DNA of 64,000 nucleotides, from contig OZ024740.1 of assembly GCA_964016885.1 (NCBI GenBank), forward strand, positions 175,832,001 to 175,896,000, written 5' to 3'. How positions within the stretch are numbered: the first letter of the stretch is position 1; every line of letters starts with the position of its first letter. The notes below the pieces were generated by a model. That model ran no database searches, was not told the origin of the DNA, and saw only the letters and a list, made by a program, of their open reading frames with translations. Made by a program: the position numbers and the translations under genes. The stretch comes from Eledone cirrhosa (Eukaryota). Below are positions 27,331 through 39,938 of the stretch, piece after piece.

Positions 27331-27333
<3 letters not shown>

Positions 27334-28693
27334 AACAAGTAAGACCCCGACGGCTGAGCTCAAGCCGTTTCGACGGCTAATTCTGTACTGAATGAAAATT
27401 TATTCTGGTATTTAAATAGCCGAGCTTATCAAGGGGTAATTCCATATATGGTCAAAGAGATAATCACCAGGATTGGTCACATCACAAGTTAGTTGTAAAT
27501 CTGTGATGGCAAATTGGTGGGAGAAGGGGTAGCTAAACCTGCCGGTAGGAGAAAAAGGGAGAGGGGGTGGAGTAGACTCATTCATGCGTTGGTAGTGTCA
27601 GCTACAGCTGGGCGTGAGGTCAAAGAGGATACAGGGGAGGGGGAGGGGGAGGAGGTCGAAACGGTAAATAGAACAATGAAGGGTAAAACTATAGAAGGTA
27701 CTGAGAGAGGAAAAAAAAAAAAAAAAAAATAAGCAAAGTCTGGTTACTAAGACTTAAGTCTCTCGCTATTGCTAGGCTAAAGAAATACATAAATAAATAA
27801 ATAAACAAATAAGTGAATAAAAGTATAGATAAATAAATTTAAAAAAAAAAAAAAAATATATATATAATGAAGAATAAAAAAATCAATTATAATAATAAAA
27901 ATAAACTAGATGGGACGGAAATAAAGGGACCCTTATACGAGGTATAAGGGTCGTGTATCGTACGGTGCGTGTATCGTACGGTGACGGGTCAACAAAGGGG
28001 GGGCCAAAATACTAAAGAGACTACCACGAAATAATAAGGGTTTCTACCCCAATCACAGGGTCAGCAACCACCCAGTGCAAGAAAGTAAACTAGTACGAGA
28101 ATATAATTCAGGGTCCCGCAAAAAAATACTAGTGCTAACTCTAAGGGTACCGCCACGAAACAAAAAGTCTTATACAAGCTACATGAAAGATCGTACGAAG
28201 TAAAAGTAAAGAACGGAAAAATTATTATTATTTTTTTTCTCTCTCTCAGTACCTTCTATAGTTTTACCCCTCATTGTTCTACTTACCGTTTCGACCTCCT
28301 CCCCCTCCCCCGTATCCTCTTTGACCTCACGCCCAGCTGTAGCTGGCACTACCAACGCATGAATGGGTCTACTCCCGCCCTCTCCCTTTTTCTCCTACCG
28401 GCAGGTTTAGCTACCCCTTCCCCCACCAATTTGCCATCACAGATTTACTACTAACTTGTGATGTGACCAATCCTGGTGATTATCTCTTTGACCATATATG
28501 GAATTACCCCTTGATAAGCTCGGCTATTTAAATACCAGAATAAATTTTCATTCAGTACAGAATTAGCCGTCGAAACGGCTTGAGCTCAGCCGTCGGGGTC
28601 TTACTTGTTCCTATTACCCACTCTACTACCCTAAGTATTGAGTACTTTGGTGCGTTATGGTCCACTTGGTTCCTTACCACATTCCCTTCGTTA
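27331..28693 (+). mobile_element. Long fold-back copy of the (TA)n-associated family: about 380-bp inverted arms plus 80-nt tail
   Basis: 27331-27712 is the reverse complement of 28233-28612 with a few substitutions; tail 28613-28693; (TA)n flanks. Confidence 0.8.
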
Positions 28694-29068
28694 TATATAT
28701 ATATATATGGTCAATTTTTTCACACATATATATATATATATATATTTCTCTCTTTCTCACATTTGAATTCGCTCCTGAAAGGTCTTTTTTCTAAGCGCTC
28801 ATATATTCACCTAGCTTATGCTAACAGAATAACTATGAAGCTTGTTCCCTTCCTTCTACGGTTAGCTATCCTCTTTGTTGTTATCTTGTTTCACTCGCTT
28901 TACGCGTTTTAATTGTCCTAATAACTTAATTTAGTTATTATTGCACCGACGTGAGGTATATGATTTTTAATGCAATGAAATATCTATGATCGTCGGCAAA
29001 TCACTGATGAGGGACTTATTTTATTACATGTTATCCATGTGCAACCAGCAGTATTCTTCTCCCCATTT

Positions 29069-29113
<45 letters not shown>

Positions 29114-29906
29114 ATAAAAAACGAAAAATCAGTGATGCATCTCAACTCAATTTATTGTTTATTACAATTGTTTCGCCGGCGGACAGCTCGAGACGCGATC
29201 ATTGTGTGGATCTGTCTGATTCTGGACCCGAAGGTTCGACGGACACGTCTAATGATTTCGGAGCATATTATATATATATAAACGCAAGTATTGCACCAAG
29301 AAAAATAAAACGTTGGCGTGAAGAGATTAGGAATGTATTTGCTTTAACATATTTTCCCCTGTGTATTATAAATTATCCTACATATGCTGACTACAATGTA
29401 TATTGTTCAATCATATTCAATACTTAATTATTTATTGCACTTCATCAAAAAGCCTATAATAGTGGAATTCCACTATTAACTACGCGGTAGAGTTCAGCAA
29501 TGGCATTTTCGTTTCAGAAAATGTAAATAAGTTAAAAATAGCATGAAATACAGTCAGTTAGTGTGATAGTAGAGAGGAGAGGGGTTGGTGGTAAGGTAAA
29601 GCTTTTAAACTATCAATCTGTGTGCTGTGATGTGGAACAATTATTCTTTGACCATTGGTATGGGTAAAGGTTTTGATGTTTACCATATATGGTCGAGAGG
29701 GTGGAGATGGACAGAAAAGGAGAGGGTATAAATTAAGAGCAGACTAGAGTGGGTAAGGAGGATAGGAATTTAAAAAATGTGATTGTTTAAAATATTACTG
29801 AATCCTTTGGGTAGGTGTGAAAGTTTGAATGCCACAGGAAATGTACTAAATAGGATGTAGTAAAACCTAAGTATTAGGGATCGAATCTTATATATATATA
29901 TATATA

Positions 29907-30001
<95 letters not shown>

Positions 30002-30399
30002 ATAATATTCACAATAGGCATCTAACCTCACCTGAAAATTAGGTCTTGTTCAATGGAAATAATTGAAAGCTAAAATCGCTTCCCATATGACACGCTACAA
30101 CCGTATTTACTTCCTCTACCCTAATAGCCGGCTTGCGATTATTTAATGTATTTACTGTCTACTTAGAAAATATTGTTTTACAAAGTAGTGTACCAAACAT
30201 TCATAACACTCTTAGGCGGTATCGAAAAGAATCAAGCAATGTTTACTATGAATGCTTTGAAGGTTGCTAGAATCAGCATCTCTACTCTTTTAGGTCAAGG
30301 AAATGGGAAGATGCCATTTCCATGTACCAATTTATCTGAACAATTAGGGACCAAGAACGAAAATGTATTTTAATGCTGTTGAACATTGTCAGTAGGGTT

Positions 30400-31760
30400 G
30401 CTCTATATTATAATAGTTCACGAAATTGTAGGTTCTGACTAACTGAGATGTTCCAGATATTGAAGCAACAAAAGGTGCGAAATAATATCTAACAGACTTC
30501 ATTGGAAGGTCATCGGAGAATACGAAATAAATTAGTTCATGTCAAATCCTATGGGATTCTCGTGTTGACAATTAATAGCCTAGACTGCGCAGCCTCACAT
30601 ATTCCATAACAGTTCAACAACGTATCTTAATCCTTGCTTGCATCAGCTAGGATCATGGTCCCACTTCCAACCCGACTGCGCATGTCAATCCTGTTCATGT
30701 AGATAATGAACAGTAGAGGTGACAGTACGCACCCTTGGCGGAGTCCGACTCCCACATTGAATGTGCAATCTCCCTGCATCTCTGCCAGACACTTAGCATG
30801 GACTTTACTGGGGAGGCTTAACATGAAGTTCTCCCTGTAATTGGAACAATCACTCACGTCTCCCTTTTTGAAAATTGGGATTATCACTCCAAATTTCTAT
30901 TGCATAGGTGCCTTTCCATAGATCCAGGCCATCTGGCACACACGAGTCAGCCAGAGAATATCTTCTTTATTTAAGGATTTTAACCGTTTGGGCCTGATTT
31001 CATCTTCCTGACGGGCTTTGCCAGATTTGAGCTCTTTAACTACTCGTTTGACCTGAGGTTCTGAGAGATTAGTCACTCCCAGATGCACCTTGTGTACATC
31101 TGAAGATGCTGTTGTGATCGGGTTTAAGAGATCAGCAAAGTATTCTCTGACCTCGCGAAGATGCACCTTTCTGAAGAGGGGAGCAGGTGTGGAGGAGGGC
31201 TTCTTTTTATGAAGGCAGCCGATGGTCTGCCAGAACACTTTATTTGCTGATCTGAAGTCGGATTCCAGCTTAACCCCAAAGTACGCTCATGTCTTAACTT
31301 TGGACGCCTTTACTGTCTCTGCTGCCAATTTTCGTGCCTGCTTGTACCGCCAATACAAGAAAGAGGACGTATTTCCAAGCCAAGATTCGTAAGCCTCCTT
31401 CTTTTCTCAGATGGCATCTTTGACCTCTTGATTGAACCAAGGGATTCTCCTGCCATCCGGCACCATACCAAACCTCTTTCTCCCGTAGTATTTAACAGCT
31501 GAAGCAGAAACTTCTGCGCTGAACAACCTCCACTCTGTCTCAACATCCTCAGTTTGCTCAGGGAGTTCTCTGAATTTTTATGCAATAGTATCTGCATACC
31601 TCGTCTTGACTTCCTTATCCACCAATGCTTCCCACTTTATCCTGTAGGTTGACCTAGACCTGCCAGTTTTGTAGGCTTCTTTGGATTTAGGTAGTCTCAA
31701 GCTAGATAGTGATCAGTTGACAGTTCTGCTCCTCTCTTAACACCAACATCCAACACATTA
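30400..31760 (-). pseudogene. Degraded RTE (Expander/Rex3-like) LINE
   Basis: FWQTI, LKSGKARQEDEIRP, WLTRVCQMAW, IIPIFKKGDVSDCSNYR and VGLRQGCVLSPLLFIIYM. Confidence 0.8.
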
Positions 31761-32312
31761 GAATCTCAAATATATTACAATAAGAAAATATTGAATATTT
31801 AGCAAAAGTTTTATGGCAAATATATCATAATTTTATTGTGTGGGATATTTAATTCCCATACATCCCGTTCATTTAATACACACGCACGTACACATATGTA
31901 TATATGTGCATGCATGTAGTGAATATATATATATATATATATGTATATAATATATGTACATATATGTACATATATGTACATATATGTACATATATAATCA
32001 TCATGCATATGTTACATTGTATGTGGAGAAATAAATGAAGGAAGAAATATAGGAAAGACTGCAGGAAGGAAAAGTCTGATAAATGAGCAGGAAAGATAAA
32101 TTCTTTATTCCACACGTACATCCAGCACCTATTGTCAGGTCTCGGTATAGAAGGTTCTGGTGAAATTAATTACATAAATTGCCGGACACCGATAGCTAAT
32201 ATTGTCTCAAATTTTGACGACCATATTTCCATCAAATTTCATTCATATATAAATAAACCTTCCACACCGTCATCAGTCTCGATACCACTGACACAAACAT
32301 GCATACGGATAC

Positions 32313-32339
32313 GTATATATATATATATGTATGTATATA

Positions 32340-32370
<31 letters not shown>

Positions 32371-32371
32371 G

Positions 32372-32416
<45 letters not shown>

Positions 32417-32541
32417 GTGTGTGTATGTATATATACATACATATATACATACATATATACATATATACATACATATATACTTATATATATACATACGTAT
32501 ATATATATGTATGTATATATATATATGTATATATATATATG

Positions 32542-32604
<63 letters not shown>

Positions 32605-32621
32605 ATGTATATATATAAATG

Positions 32622-32652
<31 letters not shown>

Positions 32653-32745
32653 ATGTATATATATATATACATACATATATATATACATATATATATACAT
32701 ACATACACACACACATTATATATATATACATATATATATATGTTT

Positions 32746-32776
<31 letters not shown>

Positions 32777-32782
32777 CACACG

Positions 32783-32837
<55 letters not shown>
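32313..32837. repeat. Long interrupted (TA)n/(TACA)n microsatellite
   Basis: Directly visible. Confidence 0.95.
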
Positions 32838-32843
<6 letters not shown>

Positions 32844-32861
32844 AAGTTAAATAAAAGTCAA

Positions 32862-33232
32862 ATGATTAAAATTTAGCTTCGTTTATTACTGCTATATATA
32901 TTTCAGTGACAGCCATCTTTGGCTGTGACCTCTTCAGGCAGTTTGAATTAGTATGGTATAGACAAGTACATATGTTGTTTAGGTGTATAATATTGTCAAT
33001 ACTCTGATATGTCCCGTTCCTTGTTGGGTTGTTATTTCACTGAGGGTTCCTCAGTGAAATAACAACCCAACAAGGAACGGGACATATCAGAGTATTGACA
33101 ATATTATACACCTAAACAACATATGTACTTGTCTATACCATACTAATTCAAACTGCCTGAAGAGGTCACAGCCAAAGATGGCTGTCACTGAAATATATAT
33201 AGCAGTAATAAACGAAGGTAAATTTTAATCAT
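32862..33232. repeat. Near-perfect 371-bp palindrome (184-bp arms, 3-nt loop), probable PLE pLTR fold-back
   Basis: Arms 32862-33045 and 33049-33232, one mismatch seen; centre ctgagg-gtt-cctcag; (TA)n on both sides. Confidence 0.9.
33152..33206 (+). ncRNA. Type I hammerhead ribozyme, with mirror copy at 32888-32942 on the minus strand
   Basis: actgc-CTGAAGA-ggtcacagcca-aaga-tggctgtcact-GAAA-tatata-TA^gcagt; palindromic stem III typical of PLE hammerheads. Confidence 0.8.
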
Positions 33233-33279
33233 CAGCCTGCATACTGAGGTGTTGGTATACAACCAACATAAACTCAAAA

Positions 33280-33361
<82 letters not shown>

Positions 33362-33537
33362 TAAAATAGACAAAGGATAAAATGTCCTCTTCAGTAGTCT
33401 GCTGAATATCGTTGGTATTTCGACGCATTAGAGACTAGATACCTAAAATCAGTGCGAGCGATAACTCAATTAAGTTATCGGAACAGTGGGAAAACAGAGG
33501 GAAGGAAACAAACACATGGTGGTATGCACCATACATT

Positions 33538-33587
<50 letters not shown>

Positions 33588-33710
33588 TATATATATATAT
33601 AGATATATATACATATATATATACGCACATGCAAATATTTCGACTACAACACGTACATATTTTCATATCCCAGAAGACGATATTTACACAGAAACTTACA
33701 TACACAGGCG

Positions 33711-33779
<69 letters not shown>

Positions 33780-34127
33780 ATACACACACAAACACGTACA
33801 CATACACACACACACACCTACACACGCGCACGTCCGTTTCATTGAATGTTTTGAAGCCTTAGCACTTCTTGGTAGTGACATATACATTAGTATGGAGAAT
33901 AATTAACGGTAAAGACTATGACGATGATGATGATGTTGATGAAGATGTTAATCATCATCATCATCATCATCATTTGCTATCATCAATTGACAATTCTTCC
34001 TAATTATTATCTCGCCGGTCTTGCTAATGTCGTTATCGTCGCCTCATCATCATCCCTATCACCGTCACCACCACCACCACCACCATCAACATTATCGTCG
34101 CCGTCGTCGTCGTCATCATCATCACAT

Positions 34128-34158
<31 letters not shown>

Positions 34159-34546
34159 CCATCATCCTCATCACCATCATCCTCATCACCACCACCAACA
34201 CCACTGCCGCCACCCCCATCAACATTATCGTCGTCGTTATCATCATCATCATCATCACCACCACCACCACCATCAACATTATCGTCATCGTCGACATCGT
34301 CATCATCACATCATCATCATTAATAACAACATCTTTACTCGCGAATTTAATTCTCTTCAATGTTGTGAAGAGATGTGACAGCTATTTCCTGTAAGCATTA
34401 TTCGGTAGAGTCACTGCCTTGATTGAGTATAGAAAGTTTTTGGATTGAATGTCTGAAGGGAAGAAGCCCTTTGTTTGAGTCACACTATTACTTTCAATAG
34501 GTTACTATACATACAAGCATGCAAACCTATATATATATATATATAT

Positions 34547-34864
34547 TAGAAAGTGAGGTTTTTTTACAAAATGAAAAAAAAACGAGGTGTCCTACACGAG
34601 TGAAAGTATAAGGAAAAAAGATGAAATCGAAAATGCAACTGGAGTCTTTTTTTTAAAATATATTTATTTGGTTCCTTTACCGGTTTCGCAGCTCTTCTGC
34701 TTTTAAAAAGTAGAATTGAGATGGAGGGTTTGTCGTTTTTAAACGCTCCATCTCAATTCTACTTTTGAAAAGCACAAGAGCTGCGAAACCGGTAAAGGAA
34801 CCAAATAAATATATATACTTTTAAAAAGACTCCAGTTGCATTTTCGATTTTATCTTTTTTCCCT
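34547..34864. mobile_element. Fold-back insertion (about 116-bp arms plus about 63-nt tail) in (TA)n, probable PLE end
   Basis: 34611-34726 mirrors 34746-34864; contains the hammerhead 3' half gcGAAAccggTAaagg but no CTGA core. Confidence 0.7.
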
Positions 34865-34892
34865 ATATATATATATATATATAAATATATAT

Positions 34893-35090
34893 AGGAAAAT
34901 GTTCAAGACCCCGACGGCAGAGCTCGAGCCGTTTCGACGGCTATTTCTGGACGAAAATAGCCGTCGAAACGGCTCGAGCTCTGCCGTCGGGGTCTTGAAC
35001 ATTTTTCTATTACGCACTCAACTACTCTAAGTATTGAGTACTCTGGTGCATTTTTAGTCCACCTGGTTCCTTACCACACTTCCTTCGTTA
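34893..35090 (+). mobile_element. Short fold-back copy of the (TA)n-associated family
   Basis: About 55-bp arms (34893-34947/34954-35008) plus the same 80-nt tail ending ccttcgtta(ta)n. Confidence 0.75.
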
Positions 35091-35934
35091 TATATATATA
35101 TATAGCCTCCTTCCTCCCATTTTCGGGACAGTGTGAGATTTCCTTTAGAGCTGCTGGACTAACAACCTAGCAGTCCCCTCAGGCACTGATGGTGATTATC
35201 GCTAAATATTGATGTTGATTTGGTTATCAATATTAATGTTATTGGGCACCCTCTGAAGATTTATAAGTGCCCACTTGAATAAGTATCTGTTGATCTTATA
35301 CAAGCTTCTACATAATTTGGTACAATTTCACCCAACTTGTAGAAATCTTATAATGAAACGAGTCGTTTGGGAAATGATATATTTGATATATCTCATATGA
35401 AATAATACAGCCAATTATCCATACAATACAATATACTTAGCACCCCAAACGTTTAATTGGGAATATACTCAGGTATTTCCTAATGATTGTTGAGTGAGTT
35501 GGAATTTGGCCGGAGTATCGCTTTTAGCTTTCTCCGATTATGTATTTATATATATATATATATATATATATAGGAAAAGTAAATAACAACAACAAAGAGT
35601 ACACAACACACTCATACAACATCAACAACAATAACAAGAACACCAACAGTAGCAACAACAACAATGACAAGAGCACCAACAGTAGCAACAACAACAACAA
35701 CAACAATAACAAGAACACCAACAGTAGCAACAACAGCAACAGTAACAAGATCACCAACAGTAGCAACAAAAACAATAACAAGAGCACCACCAAAAACAGC
35801 AGAATTAATGATAGGGAAGAATAGGAATAAGGAGGGGTAGGGGCATTATTAATAATTTCCAGTCAGTTGTTCTGTTGAATTCAGTGTTTAAGCTATCAAT
35901 GTTACCAAAGTCGGTGTTTGTCAGTGTTAGTGTT

Positions 35935-36950
35935 GTCGAGAACGGTGTGACTTTACTTAGTTTAGACAAATCGAAAGTTTCCAGTTAGGTCGATCATGCT
36001 GCTTGGTGGCTTATCTCAGATAAACCGGATTAGATCTAATTTCCCAAAACATCATAGTTTCAATGTACAGTGGCCTCTTTCTTGTTGTCAAACTAGCTGG
36101 ATACCTAGAGAAACTGTTTCAAATCACACATTCAGTTTAACCATATCTTCTGAGTGTACTGACATATCGAGTCTATGATATGGAAACTAGAGATGTTGAC
36201 GGATGTTCCACATGAACTGGGACGTGGGAGACCCGTGTCAGCATATGCAAAGGAGTCACATTTATCGTGTCGGTAACCACGTAATTTGAGATAGTCGGTA
36301 CAGTTTGTAAATAAATACAAGGCGGTGAGATGAGTTAAAACGAACCTGGAGAAATCAGTGGGCCCGAGGCTTGGCACCTGGAGATGTAAATCTGTATCGT
36401 CGTAGGGCGAAGGTCAGCCGGATCAGTTATGTTGTTTGAGGACTGGTACGGTCCGGACTCCATATATATTGTGCTATCGTAACAACCAGAGTGGGCAATC
36501 TAATCCAGAAATTTTATCACAGATATATTCCAGAAAGGTCAAACAGAGGAGTCGAATGCATACATTGTCTCCTTTACATATTACTGTCTGATCATCATGG
36601 CTTTTCCCCAGATCTCTGACCAGATTAAACGCATGCCGTTTCGACTGGTTTGGCAGTTGATCTGATGCTTCTGGGCGCAAAGCTCGCTGTGCCGTAGTTT
36701 GTGATGCACATTCAAATGCTGCAGCGGCGGTGTCTACAGAGATTCCTGGTGAGTGAATAGTTAACTTTGCCAGGTACGTTTTTCCACAGTTTGTCTCTTT
36801 TACAGAGCTGCAGTCATGGATGTAACAAAGACCAAGATTTGACGTGTGGCTATTGTAAAGTTGTCGGACACTCATAAACCTCTACTAGTCGATCATGTTA
36901 CCAGTGGAACATCCATGTTAGCTTTCTATAAAGGGCAAATGGTGCAGAAG
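35935..36950 (+). pseudogene. Old relic of Tx1 ORF2 (RT region)
   Basis: LLSLDKSK...VDH, DVPHELGRGRPVSAYA, NLEKSVGPRLGTWRCKS, NAYIVS and FARYVFPQFVSFTELQSWM align by eye with ORF2 of the 48-64 kb elements. Confidence 0.75.
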
Positions 36951-38530
36951 GATGGCTCAGCATATACTCTACTCTACACCATCACAATCAGACACTATAA
37001 CACGACTCACAAATATTGAAGTAAAACCAGAAACACAAAACATTTCCCCCTAACAATGCAAAACCTATGTATTATATAATCATAATTCTATAACCTCTAA
37101 AATCAATGCTGACACTATACATGGAGTACACCCATTAATGCAGTTAAAACTTGCATGATGAAGATAATAGTAATTTTGACAACTATGATAATGATTTCTG
37201 TCAAAGTCACAAAGCCTCGCATTTTAAAAAGAGATAAAGTTGATATAATCGATCCGAGTTCATGACAAGTATTTATTTTATCGACTGTAGAAGGATCAAA
37301 GGCAAAGTGAATATCATCAGAATTTGAATTCACAACGTAAAGGGACGTACCTATATGTTTGGTATGGTATGTTATGGACCCATAACTCATGAGGAGTCGT
37401 AGAGGGGACATATTGACATATGGCGTTGCTAGGGTATTTTTCAATCCTGGCGGAGGCCATCTCCTCTCCAGGCGTGAATACAGTAGATTTCTTCCAGAGA
37501 AGGATAGAGAGAGTGAGAGATAAGAAGTGAGAAAGAGATATAACGGAAGAATCGACCCAGTACTTGACTGGTACTTTTTTTATCGACCATGAATGGATGA
37601 AAGACAAAGTTGACCTCGGCAGGATTTGAACTCAGAGTAGAGAGTCGAAATGAATACTACAAAGCATTCTATCCGACGTTATAACGACTCTACCAACTTG
37701 CCGCCTATCGTACCTAAATACCAAGAGATAAAACATTCTTTTTTTTATTTAAAATTCAGCAAAATTATAGATTAAGACAAATGTATGGACAGACTCCAAC
37801 TGAAAGAAATAAAATAAAGAATCAAAGCAAGCAGAGAAAGATACATAAATACCTCCTGTAGATAAAGTAGTACAATATATTGGAACATCTCAAGCAGACT
37901 CTTAATATTATGGGTGTTGTAATCGTTGTATTTATATATGGCTTATAGCAATGTGAGAAAAGTATATGTTGAAACCTCTGTTTAATTATCTACCTATATT
38001 TTCCGCCGCATCTACCTATACACTTAATCATTAAAAAGTAAAGCATAAATAACAAAACCATCTATTGGGTTATACTGTTTCGATATCATTCCGATATTTG
38101 GTCATTTAATTGTATTATTTTCTCAGAAGGTTATAAACTTCATATAAATGCAACAATTGCAACACTCACAATAAAGGATTATGTATAACAAAGAATGTTT
38201 GCGAATAACGGCAGAAAATCTCAGTAAGCAAGACGTCATGCTGAAGAACGACCAGAAAATGAAGTTCCAGATGATGGTGAATCAACCTGATATTCATAAG
38301 CTGTTTGGATTAACAAACTGGGATGTAAAAGAGATGTAGAGTGGATACAGCAGTTTTTGATAGAAATTCAAACAACAAAATATTGGTTCTTATGAAATCA
38401 TTAAAAGATAAAATAAGCAGAAGACTAAGTAAAATAACAAATTAGAAAGGTTTTGGCTAGTTGGTGGCTGGGGCTTACTAATTATATCTCTATGTATATA
38501 CACACACACTTGCCAAAATACCAAATTGTG

Positions 38531-38892
38531 GCTCAAGCTTACTAGATTAAATCTCTAGGTGTATGCACTCATACTTGACAAAATAGAAGCTCAGGCTTAT
38601 TGGTTAAGTATCTACTTGAATACATAACAGATAGCAGCTCAAGCTTGCTGGCTTAAATCCCCAGCTATATACATCGACATTTGACAAGATACAAAGAAGT
38701 TTATGCTTACTGGCTTAAATCTCCAGGTACTTCCTTATAGACTGACACTATAGTTTACTGGCTTAAATCTCCAAAGAGTATTATTCATTTACATTTGGCA
38801 TAATACCAGATGGTAGTTCAAGCTTACTGGCTTAAATCTCACGCTTATACACCCACACTTGACAAGATATCAGTTAGGAGCTCAATGCTTCT
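38531..38892. repeat. Degenerate minisatellite, six to seven units of about 48-64 bp
   Basis: Core gctcaagcttactggcttaaatctc recurs with diverged but related linkers (acttgacaa). Confidence 0.7.
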
Positions 38893-39294
38893 TAATAGCC
38901 TCACAATTAACAAGAACTGGAGTGAGCAACTACAGACACAACGTCGTTGCAGATTAGAGGACGGGGTAGGAAAAAATAACATTTTATATAGGTACAACAC
39001 CAGAAATTTGAAACAGGGGGTTAGTTGATTAAATCAACCCCAGTACTTGACGAGTACTCTATTTTATCCACCCCCGAAAAATGACAGGCAAAGATAACCT
39101 CGGTGCAATTTGAATTTAGAACACAAGAACAATGGTAACCAAATAGCAGCAAGAGGCTTATTAATCTGACTCTGTCAGATGATGATAGCGATTGTGACAA
39201 CGCTGATTACAATTAAAAACAAGTACTAAAACATAGCACATCTGAAGGTCAAACACATAAAGGGGCAACGTAAACTCTGCTTAAACCCTTGCTA

Positions 39295-39938
39295 ATAATT
39301 GCTTCTGATTTAAGCACAAGGCCAACAATTTTTTGGGGAGGAGAAAGTTGATTAATTTGACCCAGTACGTTACTGGTACTTTATTATATCGAGCCCTTAG
39401 CCAGATTTGAAGTCAGGACGTAAAGGGCCGTAACTCTAAGCCACAAAGCATAATAATTGTTTCTACTTTTGGCACAAGGCCAGCAATAACCCAGTGCATT
39501 ACTGGTACTTTATTTCATCGACCCCGTGAGGATGAAAGGCAAAGTTAACCACAAAGCATAATTGTTTCTACTTTAGGCACAAGGCCAGCAATTACCCAGT
39601 ACATTACTGGTACTTTATTTTATCGACCCCGTAAGGATGAAAGGCAAAGTTAACCTCGGCGGGATTTGAACTCAAACCGTAAAGGGACGTAACTATGCTA
39701 GAAAGCATGGCGTCCAACCCTCTACCGATACTGCCAATTCACCACAAAGCATAATAATGATTTCTGATTTAGGCACAAGACATCAATTTGGGAGGAATGG
39801 AAAGTCGATTAAATATCGACCCCAGTGCATTACTGGTGCTTTATTTATCGGCCCCATAAGAATGAAAGGCAAAACTAACCTCGGCGGGATTTGAAATCAG
39901 AACGTAGCAGGCCGTAACTCTATGCTACAAAGCATAAT
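39295..39938 (-). mobile_element. Head-to-tail chain of four truncated SINE copies
   Basis: Repeated ataattgtttctact...gcacaaggcc 3' ends, joined at caaagcataat junctions. Confidence 0.85.

Noticed and set aside
32132-32876. Long YI/HT/CV-repeat ORFs here and at 8100-9200, 10000-10640, 22000-22650 and 33200-33900
   Set aside because: Translations of di- and tetranucleotide microsatellites that lack stop codons.
38531-38892. CRISPR-like repeat-spacer appearance
   Set aside because: Repeats are degenerate, linkers are related to each other and uneven in length, there are no cas genes, and the context is eukaryotic.
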